From positions 62,001-126,000 of the forward strand of contig NEEC01000007.1 of NCBI GenBank assembly GCA_002189035.1: 64,000 nt of DNA, written 5' to 3'. The notes under the pieces are model-generated. The model saw only the letters and a list, made by a program, of their open reading frames with translations. It did no database searches and was not told where the DNA came from. This stretch comes from Utricularia gibba. Taxonomy: Eukaryota > Plantae > Magnoliophyta. Position numbers and translations under genes: made by a program. This document shows, piece by piece, positions 1 through 12,150 of this stretch. Every line of letters starts with the position of its first letter. The first letter of the stretch is position 1.

Positions 1-1309
1 GAAAGCTCCCCAACCACATTCTTGTCGCTGACCAGCTTAGTGGACTGCTTACTCGAGTCAAATTCGTCCCATAGTTTATTAACAAATTTCAGATGAACCT
101 TTGTATAGTAATTTTCTAATGATTTAAGCCTGCCAATGCGAGTGAGAATTCCCCGCATCTCCTGAGCAACAGTAACCTGCAAGATAAATCAGATGGAAAA
201 CAGTTCATCTTATCAGCAACTGAACTAAGTCATCATTAAAAGAATCATCACAATACATTTGCTTAGTAATTCGAAAATAATTAACATTTTCATCGCAAAA
301 TAGAACAGACTAGAATATACCTTTCTGTTACTCAAAGCATCTATCAGAAGATTCTGAACCATCGAATCTAGCCTATCTTCTAGAACTTCAAGCTGCTTCC
401 TTATATTAGCAAACTCCGCAACCTGATAAAAAAGAATTCCAATACCATACTGGTCCTTGAAAACAGTCTTGTAAAGTCGGACCAAAATACTACCTCCCCA
501 ACAGCAGTTAAACAATGCCTCATATTAGCGAGAGTTTCAGCAGCCCGAGGGAGATCACCACTGGCAAATACATCCTCTACAGTGGAGCTAAGTTGAGTCA
601 AACCGGCAGCATCCTGTGCAGAGGATTAGGAAAGCTCGATTAAGTTGAAAATACAAAAAGCACTGACATTCAAAGTACGTGATATATGCATATACGCATA
701 TGACCTGCAGCGTCTCATATGCAGCTTCCATCCTTCGCTTAACTGTATCGACCTTGGAAAGTGTTGCCACCGATTCCGCTGATGACCCCTCTGCCTGCAG
801 CATACGTCTAAGTCAGCACCCAACACAGTCAATCGCACCCAAACACAGCAGATTTGCCCATCAAATTTTGAAACAATGGGAAGAGATTCTTGGCCACAGC
901 CAAGGTAAACTCATCGTTGACAAACTAAAGAATCGGCACGCACTGTTTCCCCTACGCCGGAGCCGAGGATTTCCAACATCAATCGAAATAGATAAAACTC
1001 ATGACATCAAAGGATCCAGATAACCTGTTTGATGAAAAGAAGAATGCTAGCGATCGATGAACGCAGAGAGAGCGCGTCATCACGGAGGCGGAGGACATCT
1101 CGGGAGGCTCTTGGAACACGCAAGACGGCAGCAGCGCTCTGCTCTTCGAGCGAGGCGGCGATCTCCTCCGATGCCATCTGCAGCTTCATCTCCAGATCCA
1201 CCAAGTAGTTGTCGACAGGTTCCTGCGGATGCCTATGGTTTACGGCGCCATTTATCCATTTCTTAGGATCGAAATTCTGGTCGGAGAAAGCACTCAAATC
1301 GACCATCAT
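1..1309 (-). CDS. COG7: Conserved oligomeric Golgi complex subunit 7, 5' part (gene runs off the left edge)
   Basis: ATG at 1309: MMVDLSAFSDQNFDPKKWING...YLVDLEMKLQMASEEIAASLEEQS. Exons approx. 1309-1025, 794-705, 613-494, 422-321 and about 179-1, with GT-AG boundaries. Peptides (KVDTVKRRMEAAYETLQDAAGLTQLSSTVEDVFASGDLPRAAETL) match plant COG7. Confidence 0.93.
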
Positions 1310-1737
1310 CTTTGGTTGGTGCTCCTCCGGACCGACTGTAGATTCCGGCCGTTGGCTCACTCACCACGGCAAAGTTGGGAAATACGAAGGGCGAGAAGAA
1401 CTGGGGCTGAGGCTTGTTAGCCGTAGTGGGCCAGAGGCTAGATATGAAGACTTTGGGCGTCTCCCATTAGCAGCCCATCCCAAGTCCTATTCCCAGTAGA
1501 ACGTCAAATCCATTTATAGAGGAGGAATAGAAACCCAATGATGTCCATGAGAGGATTTTCAGGTGCAACAGCCAACAGGTATTTCTCATTTTCCTCTCTT
1601 TTTCTCCATTTATTGTCAATTATATTTTCACCAACAACAAAACGAAAAAGAAGAGCATAACTGGGGCTCCCTCGCCACGTATAACTGTGGCCCACCAGAT
1701 GTAAAGTTGCAATGGGGACGTGGGAGGCATGATTCGC

Positions 1738-1745
1738 GAATATCC
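1738..1745. promoter_or_regulatory. P1BS (GNATATNC) PHR1-type phosphate-starvation element upstream of G3Pp
   Basis: GAATATCC at 1738-1745. A second match, GAATATTC, lies at 2561-2568. Confidence 0.4.
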
Positions 1746-2791
1746 ATTGACCCACGCCGAAATGACCGAACCACCCCTCCGAGTACAGCCCATCCAATTT
1801 GTGAGAAATGACTATTGTGCCCCTACAACTCCCAGGCGTCTTCTGAAATCCACAGATGCGTACCCAGTTGAATCGTGGGTACATTTTTCCCAGGTCTCCT
1901 TGCAATCCAACAACGAATGAGCGCATTCATCTCCTCTTCCAGTGCTGATTTTCCCTTTCACACATGAAATAATGAAAATTCACTATGGAGTACTAACACG
2001 GAGGCAACTACCAGGTAGCTATAGATCCCATGTCTGAGGGTACACCTGTAATTATGCAGTTTTCGATGTGTGTGAATAGTCGGGGGTGAATATGGAAAGC
2101 TACTCTTCTACTATTTTATTGAGGAGTCGGCTCATCGCCATTTATACACGGCACCACCTTCTTCTTCCACGGAAGGAGAGAGCGTTGAGAGTTTGGCAGA
2201 GCATTTCAGGAATGTGAGCTGAGGGAGAAGAGGTTTGTTGTCGGAAACCTTGGGTCATGCTGCTTTTCTCTTTAGGATTTAAATCTTGCGCGGCGATTTC
2301 CTCCTCCGTGATGTTTCTCTGTCTCTTGTTTTTACCGCGCGATATGCTGCTTTTGATACCCTCTGCCACATCTGTGTTTTTTTTTTTTTCTCGCAGTGCG
2401 ATATGGTGTGCTCTATGTTAGGAAATCCATTCCCGGCGACGATGCTTTTCTTGAATTTCTAAATCCTTTTACGTGAATCGTTGTAAATGAATGCGTCTGT
2501 TGCGTACGACATATTTGCTAAAACAAGCATTTTTTCTGGGAATATTACTGATTCCTTAAAGAATATTCGCTTTGATGCCTGTAGGCTGTAGTCTAATAGA
2601 TTTTGATTAACTCGGGTTGAGATATCGGATTTCGCATTTTTTTCATGGATTTTTTGGAATTTCTCGGCTTTGTCTCGGTTGTAGCAACATGGGGTGTAAA
2701 GATGTTTTTGTAGCTTCATTCTTTGTATTTTACTCTTTCAGGCTAGCAGCCGTCTGAGCTATAAATAGTCATATTTTGCCGTCTAAGCCAA

Positions 2792-4440
2792 ATGAGGTCC
2801 ATCGTAGATGAAGAAACACCAGTCATAGATCGCAACAAACCACCAGGAATCCGCATCGTAGAGTTTGCAAAGGGAGGATCGATTTCCTATAAAGCCCATC
2901 AGTCCTTGGTGTTGATAATAACTTTCCTTGCGTACTTGACCTACCATGCTACTAGAAAAACCACGAGTGTTGTTAAGAGTGCTCTTGATCCAAAGTCTCC
3001 TGGTGCGCACTCAGCGTCATCATTCGTGTGGGGAAGGCGATCTTACTTCCATAACCCGTTAGTCGTCAGCCCTGGAAATGGTTCATGGGTTCTTGGAGAC
3101 GGATGGGCGCCATTTGATGGCATTGATGGAACTGCATTGCTCGGTGACCTCGATGTGTCTTTCCTCTTTGTATACGCCCTGGGGATGTATTTTTCTGGCC
3201 ATGCTGGAGATAGAATGGATCTTAGAATATTTCTAACCGCTGGTATGATCGGAACTGGATTATTTACTGCCCTTTTTGGTGTTGGATACTGGGCTAGCAT
3301 CCATGTGTTTTACTACTATTTGGTTGTCCAAATGCTTGCGGGTCTGTTTCAATCCACTGGATGGCCCTCGGTTGTCGCAGTTGTGGGGAACTGGTTTGGG
3401 AAAAACAAGAGAGGGCTTATTATGGGCGTATGGAATTCTCATACATCTCTTGGTAACATCACTGGTTCTGTGGTTGCTTCAATGCTGTTGAAGTATGGAT
3501 GGGGATGGTCCATGGCTATACCTGGTCTAGGCATTGCTCTGATGGGTATTGTACTCTTTCTTTTCTTACCGGTTAGTCCTGAATCTGTCGGAGCTAGTCT
3601 AGATGTCCATGAATCTCTTGCACCGGAGAAAGATCATGAAGAAGCATCCGCGCCATTGTTGAAAACAGAATCAAATGCCAAGAATGCTGTAGGGTTTTTA
3701 GAGGCATGGAGAATCCCTGGAGTTGCCCCATTTGCTCTTTGCTTGTTCTTCGCTAAATTGGTAGCCTACACATTTCTCTACTGGCTCCCGTTTTACATTA
3801 GTCACACAGGTACACACATCTTCCAAATTTTTTCCCCCACTTTTTTTTTATTTATTTGTTTCTCATAAATTTTTTGGTTGGTTGGTCAGCCATCGAGGGG
3901 AAATACCTATCGAATGAGGATGCTGGAAATCTATCCACCATGTTTGACATCGGAGGGGTGGTAGGAGGCATTCTTGCTGGGCATATCTCTGATTACCTCG
4001 GTGCAAGGGCGATAACTGCAGCAACTTTTATGTACTGCGCGATACCAGCCCTCTTCTTCTACAGAAGCTATGGCCAAATATCAATGGCTCTAAACATCAT
4101 ACTCATGGTGATCACGGGGATATTTGTGAACGGCCCTTATGCGCTTATAACAACCGCAGTGTCTGCTGACCTCGGAACACACCATTCGCTGAAGGGCAAT
4201 TCCAAAGCCTTAGCCACTGTCACGGCCATCATCGATGGAACAGGTTCTATAGGAGCTGCCGTTGGGCCACTGCTCACTGGATACATCTCAGCGAAAAGCT
4301 GGAGTGCAGTATTTCTAATGCTAATGTGCGCGGCCTTGATATCTGGGTTGCTTCTCACTCGGCTTGTCATAGCCGAATTCAGTGCGAAACTTCAAGGTCT
4401 CGATCCCCGTGAAGCTTGCCAGTCTGCAGAGCAAGTGTGA
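2792..4440 (+). CDS. G3Pp: MFS glycerol-3-phosphate permease/transporter (G3Pp, SLC37-like), join(2792..3809,3890..4440), 522 aa
   Basis: Motifs GWAPFDG, [19 protein letters not shown], [18 protein letters not shown] and [17 protein letters not shown]. One 80-nt GT-AG intron joins the two long ORFs in frame. Confidence 0.95.
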
Positions 4441-4971
4441 CTGGTTATACTCCCCCCGGCGATCAATCAAAGTCTCGATGGCTGATTGGCGACTGTGTGT
4501 ATAATGTTGTAGTGATCCCTTGGTTTTTACATGTACAAGTATATATCTCGAGCAGCGACCAGGCGGCTGCTAGTCTCCCGCAAACAGTGGAACGTTCACA
4601 CACCATTCATGAAGCTGGAAACAAACACAACTGTATTGATATGTCGATAGAGTCATTAGCTTTTCCTCGCCCACAGGGAAGGCGCGAGCAGACAGACGGC
4701 GCACATTGTTTATCAAATACAATCCACCCGCCCCCGAATCCGCTCACACAACTAGTATTCGAATGAACGACACTGAAGATGGAAGAGGCGTCTGAAACAT
4801 AATATTGGGTCTTAAGAGGCCCATTAAGGGACCATAATAGTGTTGTTTTATAGGACCAAGGCCCAAATTCCCTCCAACCGCCAATGGATATTCAGAAAGC
4901 TGTCTCGTCGGAAGCCGACTCGAAGCTGTCATATGTTCTCGCCTCCGGCCGACGCGGCCTTCCGTTTGATT

Positions 4972-7731
4972 ATGAGAAGGAAATTTAATTTTATCTACGT
5001 TTATGTGAGAAGACGAGGCTTTGGAAGCTGCCCCTTGCCCCTAGAGATGGAAACACCGTCTTCTGTTTTTTCGGGCTACCAGGTTTCCCAAAAAGATTCG
5101 TATTTTGCCTTAGCAGACGAGCTCATTGCCCGCGGCCTGTTTCCTTCTGCGCGGAAGGTCATTCGGAGGCTCTTTTTTCAATGCTCCTCTATTCCAGAAG
5201 CAATTTTGGCTATTAACTTCGCCCTCTTACGAGGTTTAAATCCTGATATGGTCACCTATAGTAGTCTCATTAAGAGGCTTAAGGTATCTGGGGAGAGCTT
5301 GATGGCTGAGGCGTTGTATATGCGTTGTGTTATGGGAAGAGGTCTTCAACCTGACCGTGAGTTGCTCAACTCTATGATTATTTGTTACACTAAGCTTGGG
5401 AAGTTGGATGAGGCCTTATCTTGCTTTCGCAAGATGTTGAAATTGCAATTCACTCCTTGGGCTGGTGCTTGTAATGCGATAATTAAACGGCTAATAGAAA
5501 AAGGTAGGACCTTGGAGGCATATGATTGTTTTAATGCGATTTCGGAGGATTCGTCCATTTTACTTCATTTTTGTTCTTACAATCGTCTTGTGGATCAGTT
5601 GTGTAGCAGAGGCTTATTAAATGAGGGGCTTCATGTGTTTGACACGATGTTAGAACGAGGAGTGCTGCCTACGGCTAACGTTTGCAAATCACTAATACTT
5701 GGCTTCTGCAGGTGGGGTCGTGTTGTGGAGGCTGAGCTTTTATGTACAGAAATCGAATCATATGGTTTTGTAGCAGATGAGTTCATGTACACATACATAA
5801 TAAATCGTTACTGTAAAGTTAGTAAAATGGAGATGGCTATGAGGTTGTTTTTTAAAATGCTCAAGATGGGATATCAGCCTGATCGATTTACGTACGATAC
5901 TCTGATAGATGGTTTTGTGAACCTACGCCTATTCCCCAAGGCTCAGCTGGTGCATGATATGATGGTAAACTCAGGGATCATGCCAGATGTGGTTACTTAT
6001 CAGATCAGGCTCAAGAGGTATTGCAAAGAAGGGCAAGTTCATCAGGCAATGATGCTCTTGAGTGACATGCCGATGAGGAACATCACTCCAAATATCCACT
6101 GCTTCACAGTTGTTATTGCTGCTCTGAGCAAGGAAAAAAGGTTTGATGAACTTCATGGTATATACAGCCGTATGCTTGCCTGTGGGGTTGTTCCAGATCA
6201 TGTGGTCTTCTTCACCCTTGTTAATAGCTTCCCAGATGGACATGCACTTTACTTGGCTCGTTATGTCTTGGAAGTTATTGCTAACATTTCTTGCGATTGG
6301 GAAATGCCTATCGACCGTTCCTCCACTCCTAAGTCTCCTGAGGATGCAATGCAAGAAATTGAACTGATTCTGGGTGAGATTGCTAGAAGAAATTTTGGCG
6401 TAGCAAATGTTGCATTCAGTATCTACATCATAGCCCTGTGTCGAGAAGGAAAACTTGATAATGCCTTGGAATATTTGGATAATTTGGTTTCGAATGGTCT
6501 GCTGCCCACCACAACTGCATTTAATTCGTTACTCAAGTTACTCATCAAGGAAGGTGAGGCTGAGAAAGCAGAATTTTTACTTCATTTCATGCAAGTTAAC
6601 GGTTTGGTTCTAGAGCAGTCGAGTTTCCTGGTTGTTGTTCATGAACTGTGCAATCAGGGTGACTATCTGTCGGCAATTGATATGCTAGAGCACATTGAGG
6701 AACGAGGAATACAACCAAGTGTCCACATTTACAACACGATAATTGGGTGTTTAGGAAAACACAGGATGGTTAGGGAGGCAGAGAGATTGTTCGACAAAAT
6801 GCTCAAACGTGGCACTCATCCGGATGAATTCATCTGGGTCACTATGCTTGCCACTTACTCGTTCAATGGATGGACTAGCAAAGCTCAGAGCCTTTTCGAG
6901 CGGTTGGGAAGACCTGCTTTGTATGCGTATGCTGCATTGATTCCTTCGTTTATCAAGAAAAACATGACCTTCCAGAGTTGCATATACCTTGATAGGATGT
7001 GGAAAGATGGTCTACAGCCCGATGTTGCTCTCTGTACGGAACTTATCAAACAGTTCCTAAGGAAGAAAGACCTTGGGTTCGCGTTTCGATTGTTTGATTT
7101 GTTGGAGAAGAGTAGCATTGAGCAAGACCATGTCAGCTATTCAGCTTTGATATCTGGCGTGGTTAAAAATCTCCGGGATGTTGGTAGACAGAGGCATTTT
7201 GCACGAACAAAATCTAACAAATCTAAGGAGGACTTAATTCGTCTGCTTGGCCGGGCAACACTTGTTCCCTACGAAAGGATTTCCAGGCTTGAGATCAAAT
7301 GCCGTGAGCATGCAACATCTCTTTTGATGGAAGTAATAAAGAAATGTGAGAGGGTGCCTGATCTGTACCTGCACAATGTGATAGTCTGTGGTTTATGCTG
7401 GTCCGGAAACGTGCAAGCGGCATACGAACATGTTGGGACGATGCAAAGGGAAGGCGTTCATCCTAACTGCGTAACTTTTACTCCCCTGATTGGGGCGCGT
7501 ATAAGAAGTGGAAAAGTTGATGATGCTGTGGCACTGTTCAATGAAATGAATGCGTCAGGTGTTGCAGCCGACGAAAAGCTGTTGAATGGTTTAATATGTG
7601 GTTTGTGCAAGGCAAGGAGGCTGGTAGATGCATTGTGTGTGGCTCAGATGATGCATAAAAGGGGGTATTCTCCCTCGAAAGTTTCTCGTGAGATGCTTTT
7701 GAGGTGTCTGTATGGTTTACTGCCTCCTTAG
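4972..7731 (+). CDS. P-class pentatricopeptide repeat protein, intronless, about 919 aa. C-terminus apparently clipped by a frameshift.
   Basis: Long ORF with many 35-aa PPR repeats (e.g. YTYIINRYCKVSKMEMAMRLFFKMLKMGYQPDRFTYDTLIDG). The likely start, ATG 4972 (MRRKFNFIYVYVRRR), looks like an organellar transit peptide. The start position is uncertain. Confidence 0.9.
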   Translation: MRRKFNFIYVYVRRRGFGSCPLPLEMETPSSVFSGYQVSQKDSYFALADELIARGLFPSARKVIRRLFFQCSSIPEAILAINFALLRGLNPDMVTYSSLIKRLKVSGESLMAEALYMRCVMGRGLQPDRELLNSMIICYTKLGKLDEALSCFRKMLKLQFTPWAGACNAIIKRLIEKGRTLEAYDCFNAISEDSSILLHFCSYNRLVDQLCSRGLLNEGLHVFDTMLERGVLPTANVCKSLILGFCRWGRVVEAELLCTEIESYGFVADEFMYTYIINRYCKVSKMEMAMRLFFKMLKMGYQPDRFTYDTLIDGFVNLRLFPKAQLVHDMMVNSGIMPDVVTYQIRLKRYCKEGQVHQAMMLLSDMPMRNITPNIHCFTVVIAALSKEKRFDELHGIYSRMLACGVVPDHVVFFTLVNSFPDGHALYLARYVLEVIANISCDWEMPIDRSSTPKSPEDAMQEIELILGEIARRNFGVANVAFSIYIIALCREGKLDNALEYLDNLVSNGLLPTTTAFNSLLKLLIKEGEAEKAEFLLHFMQVNGLVLEQSSFLVVVHELCNQGDYLSAIDMLEHIEERGIQPSVHIYNTIIGCLGKHRMVREAERLFDKMLKRGTHPDEFIWVTMLATYSFNGWTSKAQSLFERLGRPALYAYAALIPSFIKKNMTFQSCIYLDRMWKDGLQPDVALCTELIKQFLRKKDLGFAFRLFDLLEKSSIEQDHVSYSALISGVVKNLRDVGRQRHFARTKSNKSKEDLIRLLGRATLVPYERISRLEIKCREHATSLLMEVIKKCERVPDLYLHNVIVCGLCWSGNVQAAYEHVGTMQREGVHPNCVTFTPLIGARIRSGKVDDAVALFNEMNASGVAADEKLLNGLICGLCKARRLVDALCVAQMMHKRGYSPSKVSREMLLRCLYGLLPP

Positions 7732-8372
7732 ATGATGCGTTAAGAACATACCAAGACATGGTTCTCACACGTATTGTATCGCACCGCAATGTAATGATTT
7801 ATGTTGTCTAGCCGAAGGCTGGCGGCAGCGTCAATCAGAGTAGCGATGCCCTTCCCCCCAAAGATGGCATGGTGGTCGCGGGGCTCAACGAATAAGCTGC
7901 TGGGTGGGGAGAAGCAAAAGGCAACATGAACGGTCGGCCCATAGACAGAGGCCACTCGCAGAGCAAGAGAAGGTGATAGGGACGAGTTGACACCTCCTCC
8001 ATTTCTTTTTTGTATTGCCGCTCTGCTCAAAGCTTGTGTTTGTTCTGGTGGTGTGCAGGTTTAGTTGCCATCCAGGACAGCGTAGAATGCGTTTGGGGAT
8101 CGCCGGGTCGTTGGAGTGGCATATTTCAATCCAACAGACATGATGCAGAGCTGGGAGATTATTATAATTGGCTTGCCAAGGCAAAGGGCATCAGATTTGG
8201 GAGGTGCGGATGCTTCTTCGCTCTTCTTTTACCTTTCTTTCTTTATAATGAATAGGTCGCCCTCGCGCTGAGATGTGGAAGGCTGGCGGCATTTAATAAA
8301 AGGTTGCCACTCAAATTTCAAAAACTGGGGATTACGTTATTGCAAAGGCACCACAGTTTTTACATGCTGTAG

Positions 8373-8401
8373 CTGGGTCTGGGTCTGGGTCTGGGTTTGG
8401 G
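8373..8401. repeat. (CTGGGT)4 hexamer microsatellite, also a G-quadruplex-compatible motif
   Basis: ctgggtctgggtctgggtctgggtttggg read directly. Confidence 0.9.
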
Positions 8402-8598
8402 ACAGGGGACCAGACATAAGATGGACCAGAGCAGATCTTTGTTGAGTTGCACTTGCCTCTCTCTTTGTGGGCGGACCACAGCCATTTCTCCTCCACAAGG
8501 AAGGGCAGGGGCGTCTGCAACTGCATCACCAAACGCGGTTTGATCGGATCCATCCCACCCAACACCGCTCCGTTCACCTGGGTGGTTGGCCCTGGTAA

Positions 8599-8631
<33 letters not shown>

Positions 8632-8635
8632 CACA
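8599..8635. repeat. (AC)n microsatellite
   Basis: About 18 AC units with one G interruption. Confidence 0.95.
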
Positions 8636-8833
8636 TGGCTGGCTGCAGCAATAAAACACTCCATTTATGGTACTTGGAATCAGAGCATCGACGTGGATTG
8701 GTTAACAACCCAAAGGGAAAGGCTACCATCATATCATTCATGCCAAGTTATATTATCAACCAGAGAGGAGAAGAACAGTTGCCGCCAGTTGCAACGCAAA
8801 AATTAGCAGGATGGTGGATGGTTGTTGAATTAC

Positions 8834-9850
8834 TTACTGATCAAGGGCGTTAGGGCCAGTGCAGTAATTGACCAGACGGTTCCAAATCCACTGGACAAGG
8901 AATCGGCGCCGGATTCCGTTCGTGTTATAGGTGGCGCCTGACTCGTCGCTCAGCATCTGTCCGGTATACGATCCACCGCCCCCCGTGCCGTAAATGCCTT
9001 CGCACAGGTCCGCGATTTCCACGGGGAATTCGGGGTTGTCGCCAGCGAACCAGGCATTCAGAAGGGGGTCCGTCGACATCTCCGCCAGTTCGTGGGCGAT
9101 GACGCTGATCATTCCGTCCACAGCGGCGTCATCGTTTGGGGATTTGACGGGCTTTGCTCCCAGCATGTAATCGGGGACCGAAAACGGGTAGGCGCAAACA
9201 CCGGGGCAGAACTTGGCGGAGTTGCCCGCCCAAGCAAAAGGCAGCGTGTATCCGACAATGGAGGGGAATGTGAAGTAATGGAATCCACAGACGTTGTTGC
9301 AGAAGTCGTCCACGTCGACGTCCTCCGCGGTGAGCACGAAGTAGACTCCGGCCTTGGGGTTGATGGGCAGCGGGCGCTTGGAGGCGGAGATGGCAGATTT
9401 AATGACAGATTGGACGGCGAGGCGCGTGAGGGACTTCCCGACGGAGTAAAAGCGGTCGTTCTTTTCTTGACCTAGTCGGACGGTGGCGGAGACGTTGGCA
9501 CCTGTTTGGTCACCGTAGAGCCGGACGGTGTTCCACCAGGCAGCTACGGAGGGCTCCGGCGCGCCGCGGTAGGAGATTGAGTTGATAAATTCACGAATAA
9601 TCCGCTTCTGAGAGGGTTTCCAGGAGCCGTACCAGATAGGGTAGACGGTGATATCGGCGGTGAGAATGGGGCCCATGTGATACTTGAGCTTGACAAACTC
9701 CGACGAGCCCTCGAATTTCTTAGACACGTCGTACGACAAGGAAGCCGTCGAGTTTTTGAAGTGGCTGGGCCACGGCCTCCAACTGACGGCGGGAGCGAGT
9801 AAGTAGAATAAAAAGAAAACCAGAAGAGGTGATGCCGCCGGCGTCCCCAT
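8834..9850 (-). CDS. EXL3: EXORDIUM-like (Phi-1 family) secreted protein, 338 aa, intronless
   Basis: Signal peptide, then LKYHMGPIL, VAAWWNTV, CGFHYFTF, IAHELAEMSTDPLLNAW, EIADLCEG and FLVQWIW...CTGPNALDQ, typical of the EXL3/EXL5 clade. Confidence 0.95.
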   Translation of the reverse strand: MGTPAASPLLVFFLFYLLAPAVSWRPWPSHFKNSTASLSYDVSKKFEGSSEFVKLKYHMGPILTADITVYPIWYGSWKPSQKRIIREFINSISYRGAPEPSVAAWWNTVRLYGDQTGANVSATVRLGQEKNDRFYSVGKSLTRLAVQSVIKSAISASKRPLPINPKAGVYFVLTAEDVDVDDFCNNVCGFHYFTFPSIVGYTLPFAWAGNSAKFCPGVCAYPFSVPDYMLGAKPVKSPNDDAAVDGMISVIAHELAEMSTDPLLNAWFAGDNPEFPVEIADLCEGIYGTGGGGSYTGQMLSDESGATYNTNGIRRRFLVQWIWNRLVNYCTGPNALDQ

Positions 9851-11234
9851 TGCAGCGCGGCAATCCGAGACGATACACCCGAGTGGAGGAGGAAATTAAA
9901 TAGTTGAAACTGGAACAGGAATCCGAGTGTCCACAACCTCAGATTGTCCTGCTGCTCTTCTGTTCTGTTCTGCTGCGCCCTTTAAATAAAACAAACGTGA
10001 ATAAATAAAAAAGGAGGGCATTGCAGTGGTGGTGGAGGACAGTGGAGCCCCGTCGTGGAAGGGCCGGGCCGACCCATTCGCGTAATCACCGCTTGTGGGA
10101 GCTGGCGTCCGAAAGTCGCGAGTTGAGTTGAGTTTTGTTTAAATTACTAAGCACATAGTAAAAGAAAAAATGGGAGGATTGATTAAGAGGCAAACTAAAT
10201 TCAAATTGGACCTGCATTGAGTGGCTGGGGTGGGGGGACCGGGGTGCTGGTCTTTTAAAGCGCAAAAGCGCAATGAAATGCGGAGACCGATGCTGTTCAC
10301 AATGCGCCAAAACTGGTCTGCTCCTCTTATGACTTTTATGACCACTGCCACTGTGTCAAACTCCGTCTCCCCAGAAAGAAAATACGATGCATGACAACAA
10401 ACGCGCCACTGTTTCTAGATCGGCGTCCATACGCGAGAGAACACCACACCCTCCCCCAGGCCGAAGGAAGGAAGGAAACCGTCGTCGGCCCCACGTCGCT
10501 CCCATGTTCACTGGGCCGGAAGGAGGCAGACGTTGGGCTCAACGCTCCATTAAGAAACAGGTTAGTTGGGCGGTCGATCTTGGTCTGGTCACAGGCGCAA
10601 CCACCCCCCACTCCTCCACCAAGCCACCAATCAGTGTTCAGTGTTTCACTCCCGTCGCTGTCTTCGTTTTCTTTCGTTTCCGGATCGGGACAACCAAATT
10701 GATCTCACCCACCCCCTAACCAACAAGTTCAACCGGTAACACAACTCAAGGAACCACTCCGCTTACTTACCGGGGACGGAGGTCGGCAGAGTGAATATCT
10801 ATACATCTATCAGTTCATAACTCAACACTAAAAGAGACGGAGCCCCTTTCATGAGGCAACATTCGAATTCTACAAAACAAAGCAACGGTTCAAATATGTC
10901 CCAAGACGAAAAAAGGAGCAAGGAGAGAACAACAAGCATAAAATTCATAGCAGCAGCACCCTGCTTCACCCAAATACATAACCCCGCTCATCAGGCTTCC
11001 GGCGGCTACCTACAAACCAAAAATCCGAAAAGAAAGCGAATACTGAGAGGATAGCAGAAGCATGCTTGCTTGATCAAACATCAGGATGATGATCCAACAT
11101 ATGTTCCCATCTCTGAGATTGGTCATCTACTCTCGAAGCAAGAACGGGAATATGTTTTTATGCTCAGAAAAAAAGGCAAACAGAAATCTCCAGGCTGATT
11201 TGATGCCAGACATAAAAGAAACGCAGTCAGAATC

Positions 11235-11678
11235 TTACTTGGCGACCATGCGAGCAATGAAATCCTCGTAGCGGATCTTGCCATCGGATCCAACATCCAC
11301 CTCTCGGATCCACTCGTCAAACTCCGCCGGCTCCAATTTCTCCCCAATGCTGGTAAGAATGTGCCTGAGATCCGACACGACGACGTACCCGGTCCCTTCC
11401 TTGTCGAGAACCTTGAAGGCGTCTCGGAGCTGGCGATCAAACGGCTCGGGCTTCAAATGCTTAGCCATCAGGTCGAGGAACCGCGAGAAATCGAATGGAG
11501 CGGTGAGATTCTCCTCGGCGATGATAGATTTCAGCTGCGCCTGGGTAGGGTTTCCCCCAAGCGAACGCATCAAGATTCCAAGCTCCGATGGTGCTATCTT
11601 ACCGTCGCCGTCGGTATCGAACAGAGTGAAGGCCTCCTTCATGGCTGAAACCTGATCATCGCTCAGATCTTTCCCCAT
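11235..11678 (-). CDS. CML13: Calmodulin-like protein CML13/CML14 type, 147 aa, intronless
   Basis: ATG 11678: [50 protein letters not shown]...[18 protein letters not shown]. Confidence 0.96.
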   Translation of the reverse strand: MGKDLSDDQVSAMKEAFTLFDTDGDGKIAPSELGILMRSLGGNPTQAQLKSIIAEENLTAPFDFSRFLDLMAKHLKPEPFDRQLRDAFKVLDKEGTGYVVVSDLRHILTSIGEKLEPAEFDEWIREVDVGSDGKIRYEDFIARMVAK

Positions 11679-12150
11679 GTTCCTCAATTCCTGCTTCTCC
11701 CCAAGGAATCCCTCCCTCAGATATTCGGCTCCTCCCCGGACTCCTCTCCCGTTTCGCGAATTCAAGGCCGCTCAGCTATTGGGCCTAATGGAAAGATGCC
11801 CAACAGTCCACTTACCCATGGCAGGCTCATTTGGATGGGTCCCCAGGCCCAGTATTCCGGTGCCGGTAAACGCGTACAACTTCGCCAAGACGTTTTGATA
11901 TGATAAGGGAAGCGGAGGGGGAAGTTGAAGCAGAACGAATAAATCATTGAGAGGGTCCCCTTCCCCATGGTGTCTCGGTGGGGGAGGATTGGATTTCAGT
12001 TGTGCCGGGAAAGCAGCTTCTGCCGCACTCAAATCAAAACCAAGCGCCTTTTTCCTTGTTGCCTTCCTATAAATGGGGCTGGAGCACACGCATCAATCAC
12101 CTTCACTCCTGCCCTGCACTTCCCAACCGTACCGAGTGAAAGCAGGAAAC

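Noticed and set aside
1800-1860. NDYCAPTTPRR resembling a sulfated DY peptide hormone (RGF/PSY/CIF)
   Set aside because: No signal peptide, no terminal HN/PN motif, and not at the C-terminus.
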